A stretch of DNA of 64,000 nt. Source: Bispira polyomma. Lineage: Eukaryota. The stretch covers positions 70,060,001-70,124,000 of the forward strand of contig OZ287750.1 in the NCBI GenBank assembly GCA_965649765.1. Direction: 5' to 3'. This document shows, one piece after another, positions 62,030 to 64,000 of this stretch (position 1 is its first letter; each line of letters opens with the position of its first letter). Made by a program: the position numbers and the translations under genes. The notes beneath the pieces were generated by a model, which saw only the letters and a list, made by a program, of their open reading frames with translations, made no database searches and had not been told where the DNA came from.

Positions 62030-63500
62030 CGTCTTTGCCTTTGAATTTGTTCAACACATGTACTATTGCTAAGTTTTCACAATGTATACATTTCCCCATT
62101 GTCTGCCCCATAGCCTGAAGGCCACCAATATATTACACATCTCAAAGTGGACAATATTAAGGGAGTTTTTAAACTTGCTGGGTATGTTCATACTATATAC
62201 TTGGCCATTCCAATAAGCACCCAGGCTTTGTAAAGAAGCGTCTAAAAATATATCTTCCCTACAGGAATTGTTCTGGTGAATAGCTGTTATTCCATTATAT
62301 TGTTCTAAGAAAGTACAGAACTAATTAACGTACCTATAAAAAGCCGTAGTCAAAGGCACTAAAGTGTGAGGGGGGGGGGGGGGGGGGGTTCTCCTCAAAA
62401 CGCCCGAATCCAGTTCATGAAAAGACAGGCTGGCTTTACACAACAGTGTATGTAAATAAATTTACCTAATAATTGGTGTAGTTACCTATTTGTGGCCCAT
62501 GCTTTCAGCGGGTACTTTATACACAATTGTTTCACTTCAGTGAGTTTTGTAGCCAGAATGGTCAAGACGTCCTTATAGGCGTTTATATTGATACTTAAAC
62601 ACATTATGCTGTCTGCCGGCTCATCGACCTTGTCATAATTGATAGGTAACCACAATTCGAGTATTAAATTTTTTAAAGAGTTGAAACCGCCCATAGCCTT
62701 TCTGGGAGGCGCAACCCGATGCAGTCATATAAATAGACGCAAACCCAGTGACCTTGGCCACGCATAAGGTAGGTCAAGCAGTCCTTTGTCATCTGACAGG
62801 CGCATGCGCCAGAGGAAAGGCCGAAGGGGACCAAAAGATTGACATAGAACTGGTCTATCCAGTTTAATTCAAGCACTGAATAATCAAGGATCACTTCTGA
62901 GGTTCATGTAAGCTCTTTTGAAATCTATTTTATACAAGAGCGTTTCAGGGTCAAAAAAGGCTATTTTTTCCACAATATCATCTATGGTGGGATAAGTCAA
63001 TTAAAACTCAATATCATCAAATCTGTTTTGGGGTATATAGATATTCACGCTGTTGCCTTTTGGCCACGAGAAGTCAATTATTATTCTACTACCATCTGGT
63101 TTTGGTCGGGACATAAGTGGTGACACGTGTAATTTATCAAAAGGGGATATAGCTAGTGGCCCTAATATAGCTTTATATTGAATCTCTCAGTATCCAAATA
63201 TTTTTGGACATCATGTGGGTTCACATTGGCTGACGCATGATTGTTTACTGAAGGGATATATTGGAATTGGCCATAATCCAGTGACAAGGGAAACCCAAAC
63301 TCCAGGTATTCGCAAACTGTACTAAAATCATAACCTTGTAAATAGGTTCTATAGGCCCTCATGTTAAGTTGAAAGTGGGCAGGAATGCGTTTACCACCAT
63401 AATTGGGGCATTGTTCTTTTCTACAGAGTGTGGGCCTCTTTCACCCAATCCACCATATCAGAACAACTTAATGGAAAATTACCGTTTGTTGTGATATACT
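62030..63500 (-). mobile_element. Decayed DIRS/Ngaro-like retrotransposon fragment (RT and RNase H) of a second family
   Basis: CEYLEFGFPLSLD...NHASA, YKIDFKRAY, VPFGLSSGACACQ, VYLYDCIG (YLDD degenerated), FLDASLQSLGA, IVHFEMCNILVAFRLW. Confidence 0.8.
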
Positions 63501-64000
63501 GGGTAGAGCAATTAACTATACACCCCCTAGTCTATTTAACTATTGTTCTCACTGGTTCGTTTTCTACACAATCACTGTTAGGAGGGGCCTCTCCTTAGTT
63601 CTGTGTAGAAAGGGTTTCATTGTCCATGATAATTCCTGTGCTATATACTATATACCATATACTAACATTACAACTGTAATCACCTGAACCTGGATGCAAA
63701 AAACCTAACATATGAGCATGAGACTACATACTACTTTTGTTACCACTGCAATTATCTCAAATGTAGATGCAAACATATTATATGACCAAAACAATTACCA
63801 ACTACAATGTTACAACATGCAGTGCAGACTCAATTCGACCCAACCGAAGCATTTGACTATGATGCCAACTAGAATCCTTGAGATAAAAGTTGGTGAAAAT
63901 ATTTGTGGAATTTCCAATAGGAAGCATTAGAAAGTCATCCAAGGAAATTCCAACTATAAAAGCCAAGAAATCAACAATAGATCAAATCATAAGCTTTCAT

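Overview
AT-rich metazoan (probably marine invertebrate) genomic DNA. 1-7.5 kb holds the last five coding exons of the spliceosomal WD40 gene SMU1 (+ strand). 10.4-13.6 kb holds a full-length tRNA-derived SINE, a near-perfect ~475-bp-arm inverted duplication and a decayed PIF/Harbinger element. About 14.3-58.4 kb is a tandem array of at least five duplicated units of an orphan class A (rhodopsin-like) GPCR gene, each built as TATA promoter, non-coding exon 1, ~1 kb intron and one coding exon. Units 1 and 5 are intact 355-aa ORFs. Unit 3 is a promoter-less, frameshifted pseudogene. In unit 2 the coding exon is replaced by a 5'-truncated L1/Tx1-type LINE. In unit 4 the gene is replaced by a ~13 kb transposon nest (intron-containing pogo element with PHD finger, L2/Crack-like LINE, DIRS/Ngaro-like element). 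The window ends with a second L2/Crack-like LINE and a second DIRS-like remnant. No CRISPR array, rRNA or true tRNA gene was seen. All calls come from reading the sequence and recalled family motifs; no searches were run.
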